A DNA stretch of 64,000 nt from Eledone cirrhosa (taxonomy: Eukaryota). Positions 22,374 to 37,000 of the stretch are shown in pieces. Position 1 is the first letter of the stretch. Each line of letters begins with the position of its first letter. The translations under genes were made by a program, and so were the position numbers. The stretch is taken from assembly GCA_964016885.1 (NCBI GenBank), contig OZ024740.1:185504001-185568000 (forward strand), written 5' to 3'. The notes beneath the pieces are model-generated. The model saw only the letters and a list, made by a program, of their open reading frames with translations, did no database searches and was not told the origin of the DNA.

Positions 22374-23779
22374 TTCATAGATGGTATTCCAGTCCTGTTC
22401 ATACATCCATATGTACGTATCATAACGCATGGTACTATATGTTATGAGCCGGTGTTCAAATAGAAGTCCTCATATAAGTAGTGCTCCAGATTTTGGTATT
22501 ATACTATTCACAATCACCCACAGTAATGTACATCTAATTCCGTGTTCCGAGTGTATTATTGTCCGAGCATTGCATGAACACACATTATAGCAGTAGCTTG
22601 TTGACTATTCACATGAAGCACGTGGTTAGACAAACAAACTTAACATATAATATAATATAATATAACATATAATATAATATAATATAACATGACATAAAAT
22701 ATACATGTGTACAGACCGAATCAGTAATTCTGTCCAGCGTAACTGTGAGTCAATAAATTCATACATCGGTTCATTAACTAAATAAGACAGCGACTATATG
22801 GTGTAGCTCCGCAAAAAATAAACAATGACGATAAACACATACGCACCAAATGATGACGTAAAGGGCACACATAGTGGGTACCTCCCTGTTACTCACTACT
22901 AAATACGTTTCTAAGGTTAAGGCTAAGGAAGGGAGACAACTCTACCACCGCATCTATGAAATCAAAAATTCAAAATCTCTAAAATTCAGACCGTAGAAAA
23001 AATAATAATAAACCCTTACACCGTATATATTAGCTGTATTTCTAAGGCAATGGACGGGGGGCTATTCTACAACTTCATCTATCAGATCAAACATCCAATA
23101 GCAAATTCCTACACCGTATATATTAGCCAGAGTAACAATAACATTCGTGCACATACAAATAAATATTATCGGACCTATGTAAGGAGCTATGCTATTAGCA
23201 GATCCCCCAACCAATCAAACTGATAATACAAAAGCCATTAAATCGTTATTAACCTAGTGTAAGTTTATATGTGTATAATGAACTGTATTAAATTTATTAT
23301 GGGGTATGTTATAAACATAATTCTTAGCCTATAGGTTTAACGGCAGAGAAACGGTATCCTAATATATAAGTATAGGTAGGTGGTCTATCCCCGCGGTTGG
23401 AGACATAGTCATTGCCGAATGGGAGGAGTGGGCAGTAAACGAAAGGCATCCGGCAAGAAGGGTCATTACATGGGGCTAGATACACTCATAGGAATTATGT
23501 TGGATCAAGCCGGATGGGGCCGGTAAATTCATTACCTCACGCAAACAATACCTTCCATTATCCAGGGGATACGCCCATTGGGATACAATAGTATTCATCA
23601 GTGAACAAATACTCGACTAATTGAAGTTAGAATTCCCTCCATACAAGGGAAGCGTAGATGGGTTGAAGGATTAAGGAGTCAAAGAGATAAAACAGTTCTA
23701 AGGAATTATAAGGGGGGAGTGAGTGATGCCCAGCCTATCTAGTTAACTGGCTTAAAGTAGTGGAAGGAACTAAGGATCA

Positions 23780-24540
23780 TGTGTGAACAAGAAGAAAATA
23801 AATCAGATTCCTATTGGGTAGGTTGCATCTAGAGTATATTATGGCATGAGACTCTAGAAGGCACAGGTTACATGTTCTGCTCGGTGGGCTATATGGTGTA
23901 GATTTAGTCACCACTCTTCAATTAAGGGTGTAAGAAATACCAGTATGTTTTAATACTGAAACATACCCGGCTTGAGCCTATCATACCTATATGTGTAATT
24001 ATGGGAGTTGTATCTTGTCTTAAAGGAGGTGGAGGTTGAGCCAATGTAAGTTTTGGTAGGGGTAGCCGTTATAACATCGCATGCATAAACTTTATTCCGT
24101 ATGAGGCATTTGCCCTTCAGAGGGCTACTATCTCTCCGTCTACAATTACAATTGCGGTTTGTACTGTTCAACATGCGTCGGGAGGACTGGTTGGTTGTAC
24201 TATCCCGAAATGTTATTTGTACATCTGGTGTGTCGTTACCACCGTCAGGGAACTCATTTCCCAATGGGTTAGGTTGTTAGCGGTTACTTACAGAGATGAT
24301 GGTCTTAAACCCTACCCTAATTTTCCTATTATTAGTGCGGGCTAAGTTAGGGGTATTTTTTATTAATAAAACCATTGTATCTACTGCCTGGCGGGAAATT
24401 ACTTTCCAAGATAGAGAAGAAGGTTCTGGGAAGGTTGGTTACGATTTCAGAGTTATAGGGTGTTTAATCCGACATGGCCAGGCAGAATTATTTACTATAT
24501 GGGTCTTACCTCTATTCTTATCTCTATTAATGTAATTATA
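23780..24540 (-). mobile_element. Naiad-type Penelope-like GIY-YIG remnant (3' UTR probably extends to lower coordinates)
   Basis: CNCRRRDSSPLKGKCLIRNKVY..TYIGSTSTSFKTRYNSH, with downstream TPYSPPSRTCNLCLLE. Confidence 0.8.
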
Positions 24541-24662
24541 TATATATGTATAAGTATATATTGAGGTAGGAACTCATTAAGGTCCTTAGAATTAAAATTA
24601 GCTCAATGAAAAAGTATTTCGGATCGTGTAATATAATTCAGTATAAAGAGAGTATAACACAG

Positions 24663-25582
<920 letters not shown>

Positions 25583-25643
25583 CTCTCTTTATATATAATG
25601 CTGGGATTTTACCTCTCTCTCTCTCACTCTCTCTCTCTCTCTC

Positions 25644-26024
25644 GCTCTGATTCTTTTTTTCAAATACCACTTTGGAAGAAGAATCAGGATGGAGAGAGAG
25701 GTGCTTTACCCCAGCAAGTTTTATGAAAGGTGGGTGAAAGTGGCGAGAATGGCCCGAGTGAATGGGCCTTCCCTCTATATCAGCCTGTAGGTTGAGGAAA
25801 AGGAGGAGGAGAGGATAGGTGTACAAACTCTTCGTACTCCTGGAGATGAGGATTGCACATTTTTTCGGGGTATGTTTTACCCATATAAACTGTCTCCCCC
25901 TATTGGGGAAAATCGACTAACTTTTTAAATTGAATTTGTGATAAAATTTTACACGTTTTTATTGTATGTAAACTTCCCCCTTTGTATTTGTCCCCTTCTT
26001 TTGTGCCCCTGTTGCTAATAAAGA

Positions 26025-26026
<2 letters not shown>
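25644..26026 (+). mobile_element. Tx1-like 3' fragment of a distinct subfamily, followed by (TA)n
   Basis: Encodes FFKYHFGRRIRMEREVLYPSKFYERWVKVARMARVNGPSLYISL*, homologous to the ORF2 C-terminus. Ends GCTAATAAAGAAAC then (AT)n. Confidence 0.85.
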
Positions 26027-26092
<66 letters not shown>

Positions 26093-26401
26093 GCGCGAGA
26101 GAGAGAGAGAGGGGGGGGGGTAAAATCCCAGCTGCTACATGAAATGGTTTCGGCTTGTTGGTTCAGTGAACCTCTTAAGGGTGCATTGAGTACTTTCACG
26201 ATTAGTGGTCTCCCCGGTCTCAGAACCGAAGACACAAACACGCACGCACGCACAGACACGCACACAATCACCCACTCACTCATACACACACACTTTCTCT
26301 CTCTCTCTCTCTCTTAAACTATAACCATACAAGATTTTACGAATCCCTCTGGTGAAATACGTGTCCTCTTCTATGGTTTCCTCATTTGTTGTGGAACTAA
26401 T

Positions 26402-26434
<33 letters not shown>

Positions 26435-28627
26435 ATACACACACATACATATATGTGTGTGTGTGTGTGTGTGCGTGTGTGTTTTGTATGTGAGTATGCA
26501 TGTGCGTTTGTGTGTAAGTGTGTGTGTTAACCATATTTAGTATGTTTTTTAATACATTGGTAGAAAGTAAATATCATATTTAATATAGAAATGGCTTCAA
26601 CAGAACTAGAAATATTACATTAAAAAAACATTATCAGGGAAGCCGGCTGTCTTTGAGGGTGTACTTAAATTTTATGTTCTCTAAGTCCAAATTCTGCTAA
26701 GGAGAATCTTTCTTTTCATTTTTCCTTTTGGGCGGGATGACAATAATAAATAAGTTAATGAATGGTGGATTAACTCCAGTATTTATATAAGTCAAAATCC
26801 TCGCACGTTACATATTTCTTTTGTAATTGGCCATGTTATGAGATAATAAGTCCACGGGGTGTCACTCAAATGTTGAAATATTGAACTAGGAATATGAACG
26901 AATACAAACTGTCCTATCCTATCAGTCGACTGCTAAAGATAAGTTGTTTCGCTTAAACGACTCTACCAATTCCACATATAACCTGCTAAATGTTAATAAA
27001 ACTGAAATATATCCTTCCAGATTTAAGAAGAGGGTACCAAAAATATTGTTGATAAATATAATAGGATCTATTTTTAAGTTGCAGGCTTCAGTTGATTTGG
27101 TGTATTTTGTATATTGTGTATTTTAGTACATCGAAATTCGGTTTAGGCAAGATTATTTTTATTAATCAATATAACTATTGATTGATTTCGGGATGCTTTG
27201 AAGCAGCTTAGCTATTTAGAGTCTGAAATTATTTCCTAAGATGATATAAGAGAAGATTTCATTATTTTTCATTGTAAATTATACTGATTACATTATTTCT
27301 TGTCTGCTTTCTCTTTGATAAATCTATATTTTATACGCAAGGCAATGAATTGTTTTCAAAACGAAGATAACACAATGGTCAACTTGTTCGATAAGAAAGG
27401 TCATTTAGTAATCTCGATTATGCATATATATATATATATATATATTATAGAGAATATCGTTGAGAGTTAAGTACATTTCTGTTTTATGTTTATTGGAAAT
27501 TCCGACATGATCCGTCTATTTTCAAATAATCGAGTGACTTACTTGACTTCTCTTGATCAGTGGCATTCACCAATGTCGGACCAGTCGTATTGACTTATAC
27601 ACAAGTGGTGTGGAGCGATTTATATATCTAGTGGCTCCTCCACACAGTTAAGTATTGTCAGAAAGAAAATTAATCTCGTCAAATTTACAACAGTTCAACT
27701 AAGGAAGTAGACGTTACGTCGTCACTTGACCGATGCAAAATCTGAACATCTCTGTCAAATTTCATCATAAAAACTTAAATGTTAAAATGGATATAAGAAT
27801 GTAGACCTCCCTACTTACGAAACAACTGGACGGTCGTATCAGGAGTGACTTTGGTTATATGAGTGCTTAGTCTGAAACTGAATTGGTGGTAAACAATTAA
27901 AGCCCGGCTTGTACTCCTACCACAAATTAAAACTTTACTGTTTCCGACTTCCTCCGCAATTTTGTACATTGGCCACTATGAATTAATGATTATATTATAT
28001 GATAAAGGGTGTTTAAAAAATGTGATGTCATTTGAGATACGAATATCTCAGAAACTACAATATTTAGGACTAAACAAGCCTCATGGTAAACAACCTACAA
28101 TATATTCCTCAAAATTTAAAGGCTGAGACATTCACAGTATTGTTTCGATGTTACTAAAAGTTTTTATAGATGCACAGTTTGCACCGTTATTGATTTACAC
28201 CGTTGCACTCTAGTAAGCACAGAAAGTGCCATATTTCGGAGAATTAATTAATGGGTGATACTTCTCAAGGACGATAGAGAAAATCAATAGTCAGTTTATT
28301 TCACTAGGTAATACATTCTCGTCATTTTCGATACAGCATTGTACAGAACTCTGTAATTATCGCATCAATATATCACTAATGGTGAGGTTCACACTCCTCA
28401 TAGGAAGTCTAATAAAATCTACGGGTAGCCGGATTTTACAAGCTTGATAATTAAATTATTAGACATTAATTAACTAACCAATAGGGTATTTTTCACATCG
28501 TATATTATATATGAAAGTTTTGATTACATAACTGAGAAATTAGATTGAAGAAATGCAGGTTGTTCTTTGTCTTAACTTGATTGCTGCATGCAAGGAATTT
28601 AAATGTAGAAAATATAGTAACGATAAT

Positions 28628-28730
28628 AATTGTTTCTAACCAAAGCACAGGGCCAGACATTTTTACAGAGAGAACAGTCGATTATATCGACCCCCAAAAT
28701 CTGAAAGGTAATTTATTTTATGGACATAGG
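28628..28730 (-). mobile_element. Old SINE 3' remnant
   Basis: AATTGTTTCTAACCAAAGCACAGGGCCAG..ATCGACCCC resembles the SINE tail. Confidence 0.5.
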
Positions 28731-29061
28731 AATGGGGATTGGAAACTTTGGCATCGGCAGAATATGATATCAGGACATAAAGCAAATGAACAAAAAAAAA
28801 AAAAAAAAAAAAAATAGAGAGTAATATATCAATCGACCTATTTTTTCGTAGCGCTGCGAAGACTCAGTCAATCCAAGCGATGATAATTTCTAAAATAGTC
28901 CTATTAAAGTGAATGGCTTAAGTCTGCACCAATTACTAAACTGGTGCTTTGTTTAACCGATTTGGATTTAAAGTTAGAACGTAAAATTTCATAATAAAAT
29001 GTAGAAAAGTAATAACTCGACCGTTTGATTAATCTGCCAAACCGAAACCCTATTAATAATA

Positions 29062-29190
29062 ATGGTTTCTTATATAGGCACAAGGGCGGAGGGGAAAGTT
29101 TATTAAATCGAACCCAGTGTGTTACAGGTACTTTATTTTATCGAACCTATAAGGATGAAAGGCAAAGCTTACATTGGCGGCGTGAAAAAG
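29062..29190 (-). mobile_element. Old SINE remnant
   Basis: GGCACAAGG..GGTACTTTATTTTATCGAACCTATAAGGATGAAAGGCAAAG core. Confidence 0.7.
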
Positions 29191-29295
29191 TAAACTTGTG
29201 CTATAATAGTGTACCAACTCACTGCCAACAACATTAACGATAGCAATAATAACAAAAACAACAAAAATAATTATGATAATACCAATAATAATAAT

Positions 29296-29898
29296 GATTT
29301 CATTTATTAGCCACAACGGTCGACATGTAGGGGACAATACAAAGACAGGGACAGTGATGGTTTACAATAAGGTCGAGTAAAAGTGCACAATGGCAAGACT
29401 AATTTAACAATGAAAATATAAAAATATAAAATAAACTATGCATAAATATCACAAAATAAATTCCCCGATAGGGGATGGACGACCCTGGGGTGACTCGGGT
29501 ACCCCACCAATCCTGAACCACCCTGCGCTTCTAGGGCACCCAGGGAGAGCACCCTTCTCCTCAAGTTAGCTAGCCTATAGGCGCATGGTCAGAGTACGCC
29601 CTTTCACACGAGCCATTCTCGCCACATTCACCCACCTTTTAGCAAATGTACTGGGGGGCAGCACTTCTCTCTCCACCCTCACCTTCCTTTCCAGGTGAAA
29701 CTTGAAGAAGTTGATGAGGGATTGGCCGAAGAGAAAAGTGTCTGTCTTCAGTCCTTTTAACCTGGTCCACCATACAACCTCTTTTGCAACTGCCACCAGC
29801 CAGAGGAAAATGTCCTGCTCTTCCTGTCCAAGGAAAGCGGTGGATCGATCTTCACTATGGACTCGGCCGAAGGCAGGATTCGTTCCACACGCGAGAGG
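29296..29898 (-). mobile_element. 5'-truncated Tx1-like copy, third subfamily, flanked by AATAATAATAAT on both sides
   Basis: ORF 29575-29796 (VAKEVVWWTRLKGLKT..RWVNVARMARV) is homologous to the ORF2 end. Direct repeats at 29284-29295 and 29899-29910. Confidence 0.88.
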
Positions 29899-30469
29899 AA
29901 TAATAATAATATTTAATTTTGGATCAGAAATGTTATAGTCGAAAAAGAGAAAAATGGCTAAGTGGACAGACAGGCAAATAATTTCACCACCAACACCACC
30001 AACGCCACCATTACCACTACTACGCCCAAAACTCTAGTCAAATTACCTCAACTTCTATTTCTACTTCAACTTTAACACCATCACTACAGTACTACGATCA
30101 CATCACCACCACCGCTGCCTCATTATCGCTACCGCCGCTATTCTCTCCCACTACCTCCTGCTAAGTACTACTAGCACAGCACCTCCACCACCACTGCCTC
30201 ATTATCGCTACCGCCGCTATTATCTCCCACTACCTCCTGCTAAGACAGCCATCTAAATGAGGAAGGCATCAAAAGATATAAATAGACTGATTTGATGACC
30301 CGGTCAAAAAATCAAAAAATCAAAAATCAAAATCAAGACAGCACAGCAGCAACGAAAAATGTAAAGAAAAAAAAAAAGGAAAGAAAAACAAACAGACAGA
30401 CAAGCCAACAAACTAAGTCAGACATTCAAACATTACATTACAATTAAACTTATGCTTATTTTTGTGTTT

Positions 30470-33400
30470 TTTTACCTATTTGTTCGTTTGTTTATTTATG
30501 TTCGTCTACAGCGTGATAGTGCCACACTAAAATCACCGAGGGTGATCAAATCACCGGTGGTTATGTAACCATACATTCACCAATCCTCGATAACAGTGTT
30601 TCAATGTCGAACCTAAACAGTTCGAATAACGGTGAAGTGGAGACTGGAATGTGATGTGACAGACTCTCACCCAGCAGGTAATCCCTGGCTCAGCAGCAGG
30701 GACCTGGCTGTCCACCAAATACTGCTGGTGTCGGAAGAAGAAGAAGGAAAGGGACCAGAAACAACTGGACGAAAGAATTGAATAGAACTGTTATGCAATG
30801 TTACCTGAAGAGTAACCCCAAGGAAAAAGGCTATAGGAAACGGATGCATAACATCTGGAACGAGATTGGTCTATTTAAATTAGATGAACAAAAATTGGCC
30901 GGGCAGGCTCGGGTAATAAGAACTAATGGGTGGATAAGTGAGCTGGAACTGGAGGAACTGAGCAAAGAGATTAGGTTGGAAATGGAGAGTAGAGTATGCC
31001 AGGCAAACGAGCCAGTGGGAAATGAAGGTGAAGAGGTTGAGAGAACGGAGGAACCATCTGAAGCAGACAATGATCTGAATGCTGAAATAAATAATACCTT
31101 GAACAGAGATACGGCCATTGAGGAGATGAATGCTGACAGGCTAGGACAAGATTTGGTTGATATCCTAAACTTAGTGGTAGATGAAATGAACAATGATAGT
31201 GGGAAACCTATGAACCTAAGATTTGTAGACAGGAAAAAGTTAAAAGAAACAACAGCTAAGGTAAACAGAGTCATCCCATACCTTGAGGCGAGGAGCCTTC
31301 ACCAGTGCAGCAATATCCTCAAAGCAACAGCAAATGCGGTGAGGAAATTACTTGGTATAAAAGCGAGAGGAAACAACAAAAAATAAAGATCAGAACCTTG
31401 GTGGAAGAAACGACTGAATAGTCAGATCAGGGAAATGAGAAATGACATTGGAAAGCTTGAGTCCCTACTGGATGGGACACTAAAAAACATAGACACTAAA
31501 AATAGACTGGAAATAAAATACAAAATTAGGAGGGAAAGGCTAAATATTATCATAGACGTACTGGAGCAGCGCATTGTAGCAAAGAGTGCAAAAATTAGGC
31601 GATACGAGAGCAGAGTCAGTCCGTATAGACAGAACCGCATGTTTGACAACAACCTGAAGATGTTGTTTGGACAGTATCACAGTTGAAACTCTTAAGGGGC
31701 AGGCCAAAAAACTAACCAACTGGAAATCACCAGGCCCAGATGATGTGCAGGGGTATTGGATTAAAAATGTAACATCCCAGCATCCGAAACTGACAACCAT
31801 ATTCAGTCACTGCTTGATGTCAAGTGAGGTACCAGAGTGGTTGACAAAAGGTACCACAGTTCTGGTAATGCAAGACCGAATCAAGGGTAATGATGTTACC
31901 AACTATAGACCTATCACATGTCTGTCCGTAATGTGGAAACTGTTGACAAGCATTGTGTCTGAGGAAATCTACTATCACCTCCACACAAACAACTTGTTAC
32001 CGGACGAACAGAAAGGATGCCGAAAGAAGTCCCGTGGTACAAAGGACCAGTTACTTATTGATAACATGGTAATGAGGAATTGCAAGAGGAGACACACTGG
32101 TCTTGCCATGGCATGGATAGACTGCAAAAAGGCATTTGACATGTTGCCTCATTCTTAGATCAGCAGAAGCCTAGAGATCTTCAAGGTGGCAGGTAACATC
32201 AGACATGTGTTGGGCAAAAGTATGAAGTCCTGGAAAACAGTTAACATCAGCTGGAGAATCCTTGGGAGGCGTGAAGATCAAGAGAGGTATCTTCCAGGGA
32301 GATAGTATGTCCCCTCTGCTGTTTGTCCTTGCCCTGATGCCCTTGACCATTATGCTGCGAAAAGTGAGAGCAGGATACAAGTTGGGAAGGGGAGAGCTTA
32401 CCATCAATCACCTCCTCTTCATGGACGATCTTAAGCTCTTCGGGAAAAGTGAGAAGGAGTTGGATGTGCTTGTTGACACTGTCCGTATTTTCAGCAATGA
32501 TATATGTATGCAATTTGGTATTAGTAAGTGTGGAGTCCTTGTGATGAAGAAGGGCAAATTGAGCAGAAGCAACAGAATCCAGGTACCAATAGGTGAGATG
32601 ATAAAGGAAATTGACACTGAAAAAGGATACAAGTATTTGGGTATTCAGGAGGCAGATGACATCAAGAAAAAAAAATTACGGAATTGATAAGATCTGAATA
32701 CATTCGGAGAGTAAGGAGCGTATTAAAGTCACATCTGAACAGTAGGAATGCCATAAGTGCAGTAAATTCCCGAGCTGTGTCTACTATTAGGTACAGTCCG
32801 GAAATTCTGAGATGGAATGTTGCTGAACAAAAAGAAATGAATAGGAAGACTAGGAAGCTATTGACTATCTACAACATGTACCACAAGAGGAGTGATGTCG
32901 ATAGACTCTACTTAAGGAGATCTGAAGGTTGAAGAGGTTTTATCAGAATAGAGGACTGTGTTCAGATGGAGAAAAACAACCTACACAAATACGTGACCGA
33001 TAGTAGGGAGCCAATGCTCAGAATTGTACTGAAGGAGAGAACAATAGACCACGGGATGTCCAAGGAGGAAATAACACCGAGAAGAAAGAGCAACCTTCAT
33101 GAAAAATCCCTTCATAGTAGCTTCTTGGAGAAAACGGAATTCAGAGATCAACAGACATAGAACTGGTTGAGAAGAGGAGACCTTAAAAAGGCTACAGAAG
33201 GAATGCTAATGTCTGCCCAAGAGCAGGCCCTCAAAACGAAGTGGTTGAAACACCATATTTACAAGGAGGAGGCTAGCCCACTGTGCAGGATCTGTGGAGA
33301 GAGAGAGGAGACTGTGGCTCACATTGTATCCGAGTGTAAACACCTAGCCCTGACTCACTATAAAGCCTGGAGACATGATGTGATGGGCAGGGTGATCCAC

Positions 33401-33959
33401 TGTCACCTATGCAAAGTAAACAATTTACAACATTCTGAGAAGTGGTATGAGCATAAGCCCGAGTCGGTAATAGAAGACGATCAGGTGAAGGTGCTATGGG
33501 ATTTTAGGATACAGACTGACAAGAAACTGGAACACAATAGACCTGACTTGGTGGTTTTGGACAAGGAAAAAAGATCGTGCCTGATTGTAGATGTGGCCTG
33601 CCCATTCGACACGAGTGTGGAAGAGAAGGAGAGGGAGAAAATTAACTGATACCAGGACTTAAAGTAGTAGGTAAAAAGGATTTGGAACTGCCATGAAGTC
33701 AAAGTGATTGTCATAGGACTGTGTTCAGATGGAGAAAAGATTGTCATAGAAGCACTAGGTACTATCTGAGTAAGTTTCCAGGGACGGTTAAAGAAAGTTG
33801 GCTCCACGCCTCTTTTTGGAACACTTCCAAAGGCATGCTTGCTGGGAACAGCAAGAACTCTCCGATACGTCCTAAATATCTGAGGCTGCAGGTAGTGGCT
33901 TGATATTCATTTCAACAAACGTTCCAGTTAAATAACATCAATGACTGAGACTCAAAGAA
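30470..33959 (+). mobile_element. Decayed R4/Dong-like LINE, family B (copy B1)
   Basis: Collinear with 34030-37680, with multiple stops and frameshifts and an internal deletion of about 170 bp at 31673. (AAT)n tail at 33960-34029. Confidence 0.92.
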
Positions 33960-33960
33960 C

Positions 33961-34029
<69 letters not shown>

Positions 34030-37000
34030 TTTTGGGGCCCTTTCTGCCTGTGTGTTTGTTTGTTTATGTGTGTTCGTATACAGCGTGGCGATAATGCCAC
34101 ACAAGAGCCAAGTGGGATGGCGGATCCACAGATGGCTATGTAACTATACATTCGCCAATCCTCGATAAGAGTGTTTAAATATCGAACATAAACAGTTCGA
34201 ATAACGGTGAAATGGAGACTAGAACGTCATGTGACAGACTCTCACCCAACAGGTGCCCCCTGGCTCAGCAGCAGGAACCTGACTGTCAACCAAATACTGC
34301 TGATGTTGGAGGAAGAAGAAGAAGGAAAGGGGCCAGAACCAACTGGACGAAAGAATTGAATAGAACTGTTATGCAATGCTACCTGAAAAGTAACCCCAAG
34401 GAGAGGGGCTACAGGAGACGGATGCATAACATCTGGAACGAGATTGGTTTATTTAAATTAGATGAACAAAAATTGGCCGGGCAGGCTCGGGTAATAAGAA
34501 CTAATGGGTGGATAAGCGAGCTGGAACTGGAGGAGCTGAGCAGAGAGAATGGCTTGGAGATGGCGGGTGTAGTATGCCAGACAAGCGAGCCAGTGGGAAA
34601 TAAAGGTGAAGAGGTCCTGAGAACGGAGGAACCACCCGAAGCAGACAATGATCTGAATACTGAGATAAATAATACCTGGAACAGAGATACGGCCACTGAG
34701 GAGATGAATGCTGACGGGCTAGGACAAGATTCGGTTGACATCCTAAATTTAGTGGTAGATGAATTGAACAATGATAGTGGGAGACCTATGAACCTAAGAT
34801 TTGTAGACAGGAAAAAGTTAAAAGAAACAACAGCTAAGGTAAACACAGTCATCCCATACCTTGAGGCGAGGAGCCTTCACCAGTGCAACAATATCCTCAA
34901 AGCAACAGCAAATACGGTGAGGAAACTACTTGGTATAAAAGCGAGAGGAAACAACAGACAAGAAAGAGCAGAGCCGTGGTGGAAGAAGCGACTGAGTGGG
35001 CAAATCGGGGAAATGAGAAATGACATAGGAAAGCTTGAGTCACTACTGAATGGGACACTAAAAAACATAGGCACTAAAAATAGACTGGAAATAAAATACA
35101 AAACTAGGAGTAAAAAGCTAAATATTATCATAGAGGAATTGAAGCAACGCATTGTAGCAAAGAGTGCAAAAATCAGGCGATACGAGAACAGAGTCAGTCA
35201 GTATAAACAGAACCGCATGTTCGACAACAACCAGAAGATGCTGTTTGGACAGCTTGAGGGGAAAGAAAGAGGCAACGACTTGATCCCTGGGGCGGAGAAA
35301 ACTAAAACATTCTGGAGAGGAATATGGGAGCAGGATGTTAGACATAATGTCCAGGCAGGGTGGATTGAGACAGTACAGAGGGAGATCGGTGAGCAGGCAC
35401 AACAACAAACTGATTTGAGTATCACAGTTGAAACTCTTAAGGGGCAGGCCAAAAAACTAACCAACTGGAAATCACCAGGCCCAGATGGTGTGCAGGGGTA
35501 TTGGATTAAACATTTAACATCCCTCCACCCGAAGCTGACGGCCATGTTCAATGACTGCTTGGTGTCGGGTGAGGTGCCAGAGTGGTTGACAAAAGGTACC
35601 ATAGTTCTGATAATGAAAGACCGAATCAAGGGTAATGATGTTACCAACTATAGACCTATCACATGTCTGTCCGTAATGTGGAAACTGTTGACGAGCATTG
35701 TGTCTGAGGAAATCTACCATCACCTCCACACAAACAACTTGTTACCGGACGAACAGAAAGGATGCCGAAAGAAGTCATGTGGTACAAATGACCAGTTGCT
35801 TATTGATAAGATGGTAATGGGGAATTGCAGGAGGAGACACACTGATCTTGCCATGGGATGGATAGACTACAGAAAGGCATTTGACATGGTGCCTCATTCT
35901 TGGATCACCAAAAGCCTGGAGATCTTCAGGGTGGCAGATAACATCAGACAGTTGCTGGGCAGGAGTATGGGATCCTGGGAGACAGAGTTGACATCAACTG
36001 GACTATCCTTGGGAAGCGTGAAGATCAAGAGAGGTATCTTCCAGGGAGATAGCCTGTCCCCTCTGTTGTTTGTCCTTGCCCTGATGCCTTTGACCATTAT
36101 GCTGCGAAAAGTGAGAGCAGGATACAAGTTGGTAAAGGGAGAGCTTACCATCAATCACCTCCTCTTCATGGACGATCTTAAGCTCTTCGGGAAAAGTGAG
36201 AAGGAGTTGGATGTGCTTGTTGACACTGTCCGTATTTTCAGCAGTGATATATGTACGCAGTTTGGTATTAGTAAATGTGGAGTCATTGTGATGAGGAGGG
36301 GTAGGTTGAGCAGAAGTAACGGGATCCAGATACCAACAGGTGAGATGATAAAGGAAATTGACTCTGAGGAAGGATACAAGTATTTGGGCGTTCTGGAGGC
36401 TGATGGCATAAAGAACAAAAAAATGAAGGAATTGTTAAGAACTGAATACATTCGGAGAATAAGGAGCGTATTGAAGTCACATCTGAACAGCAGAAATGCC
36501 ATAAGCGCAGTAAATTCCCGAGCTGTGTCTATTATTAGGTACAGTGCGGGGATTCTGAGATGGAATGCTGCTGAACAAAAAGAAATGGATAGGAAGACTA
36601 GGAAGCTATTGACTATCTACAACATGTTCCACAAGAGGAGTGATGTCGATAGACTCTACCTAAGGAGATCTGAGGGTGGAAGAGGTCTTATCAGCATAGA
36701 GGACTGTGTTCAGATGGAGAAAAACAACCTATACAAATACGTGACCTATAGTAAGGAGCCAATGCTCAGAACTGTACTGAAGGAGGGGACAGTAGGCCAG
36801 GGGATGTCCAAGGAGGAAATAACATCAAGGAGGAAGAGCAGCCTTAAGGGAAAATCCCTTCATAGTACCTTCTTTGAGAAAACTGAATTTAGAGATCCAC
36901 AGACATGGAACTGGTTGAGAAGAGGAGACCTCAAAAAGGCTACAGAAGGAATGCTAATGGCTGCGCAGGAGCAGGCCCTCAAAACGAAGTGGTTGAAGCA

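Noticed and set aside
23550-23605. CTGATGA/ATGA motif on the minus strand as hammerhead or SECIS
   Set aside because: No GAAA partner and poor helix pairing.
28003-28130. AAAGGGTGTTTAAAAAA...AATATCTCAGAAACT, resembling a Tc1/mariner end
   Set aside because: No matching second terminal repeat or transposase remnant was found.
30104-30244. About 60-bp direct duplication
   Set aside because: Simple local slippage in an ACC-rich tract.
34030-34211. HDV-like ribozyme in the Dong-B 5' UTR (TCCTCG motif)
   Set aside because: I could not build the P1/P2/P3 pairings by eye; a descriptor search is needed.
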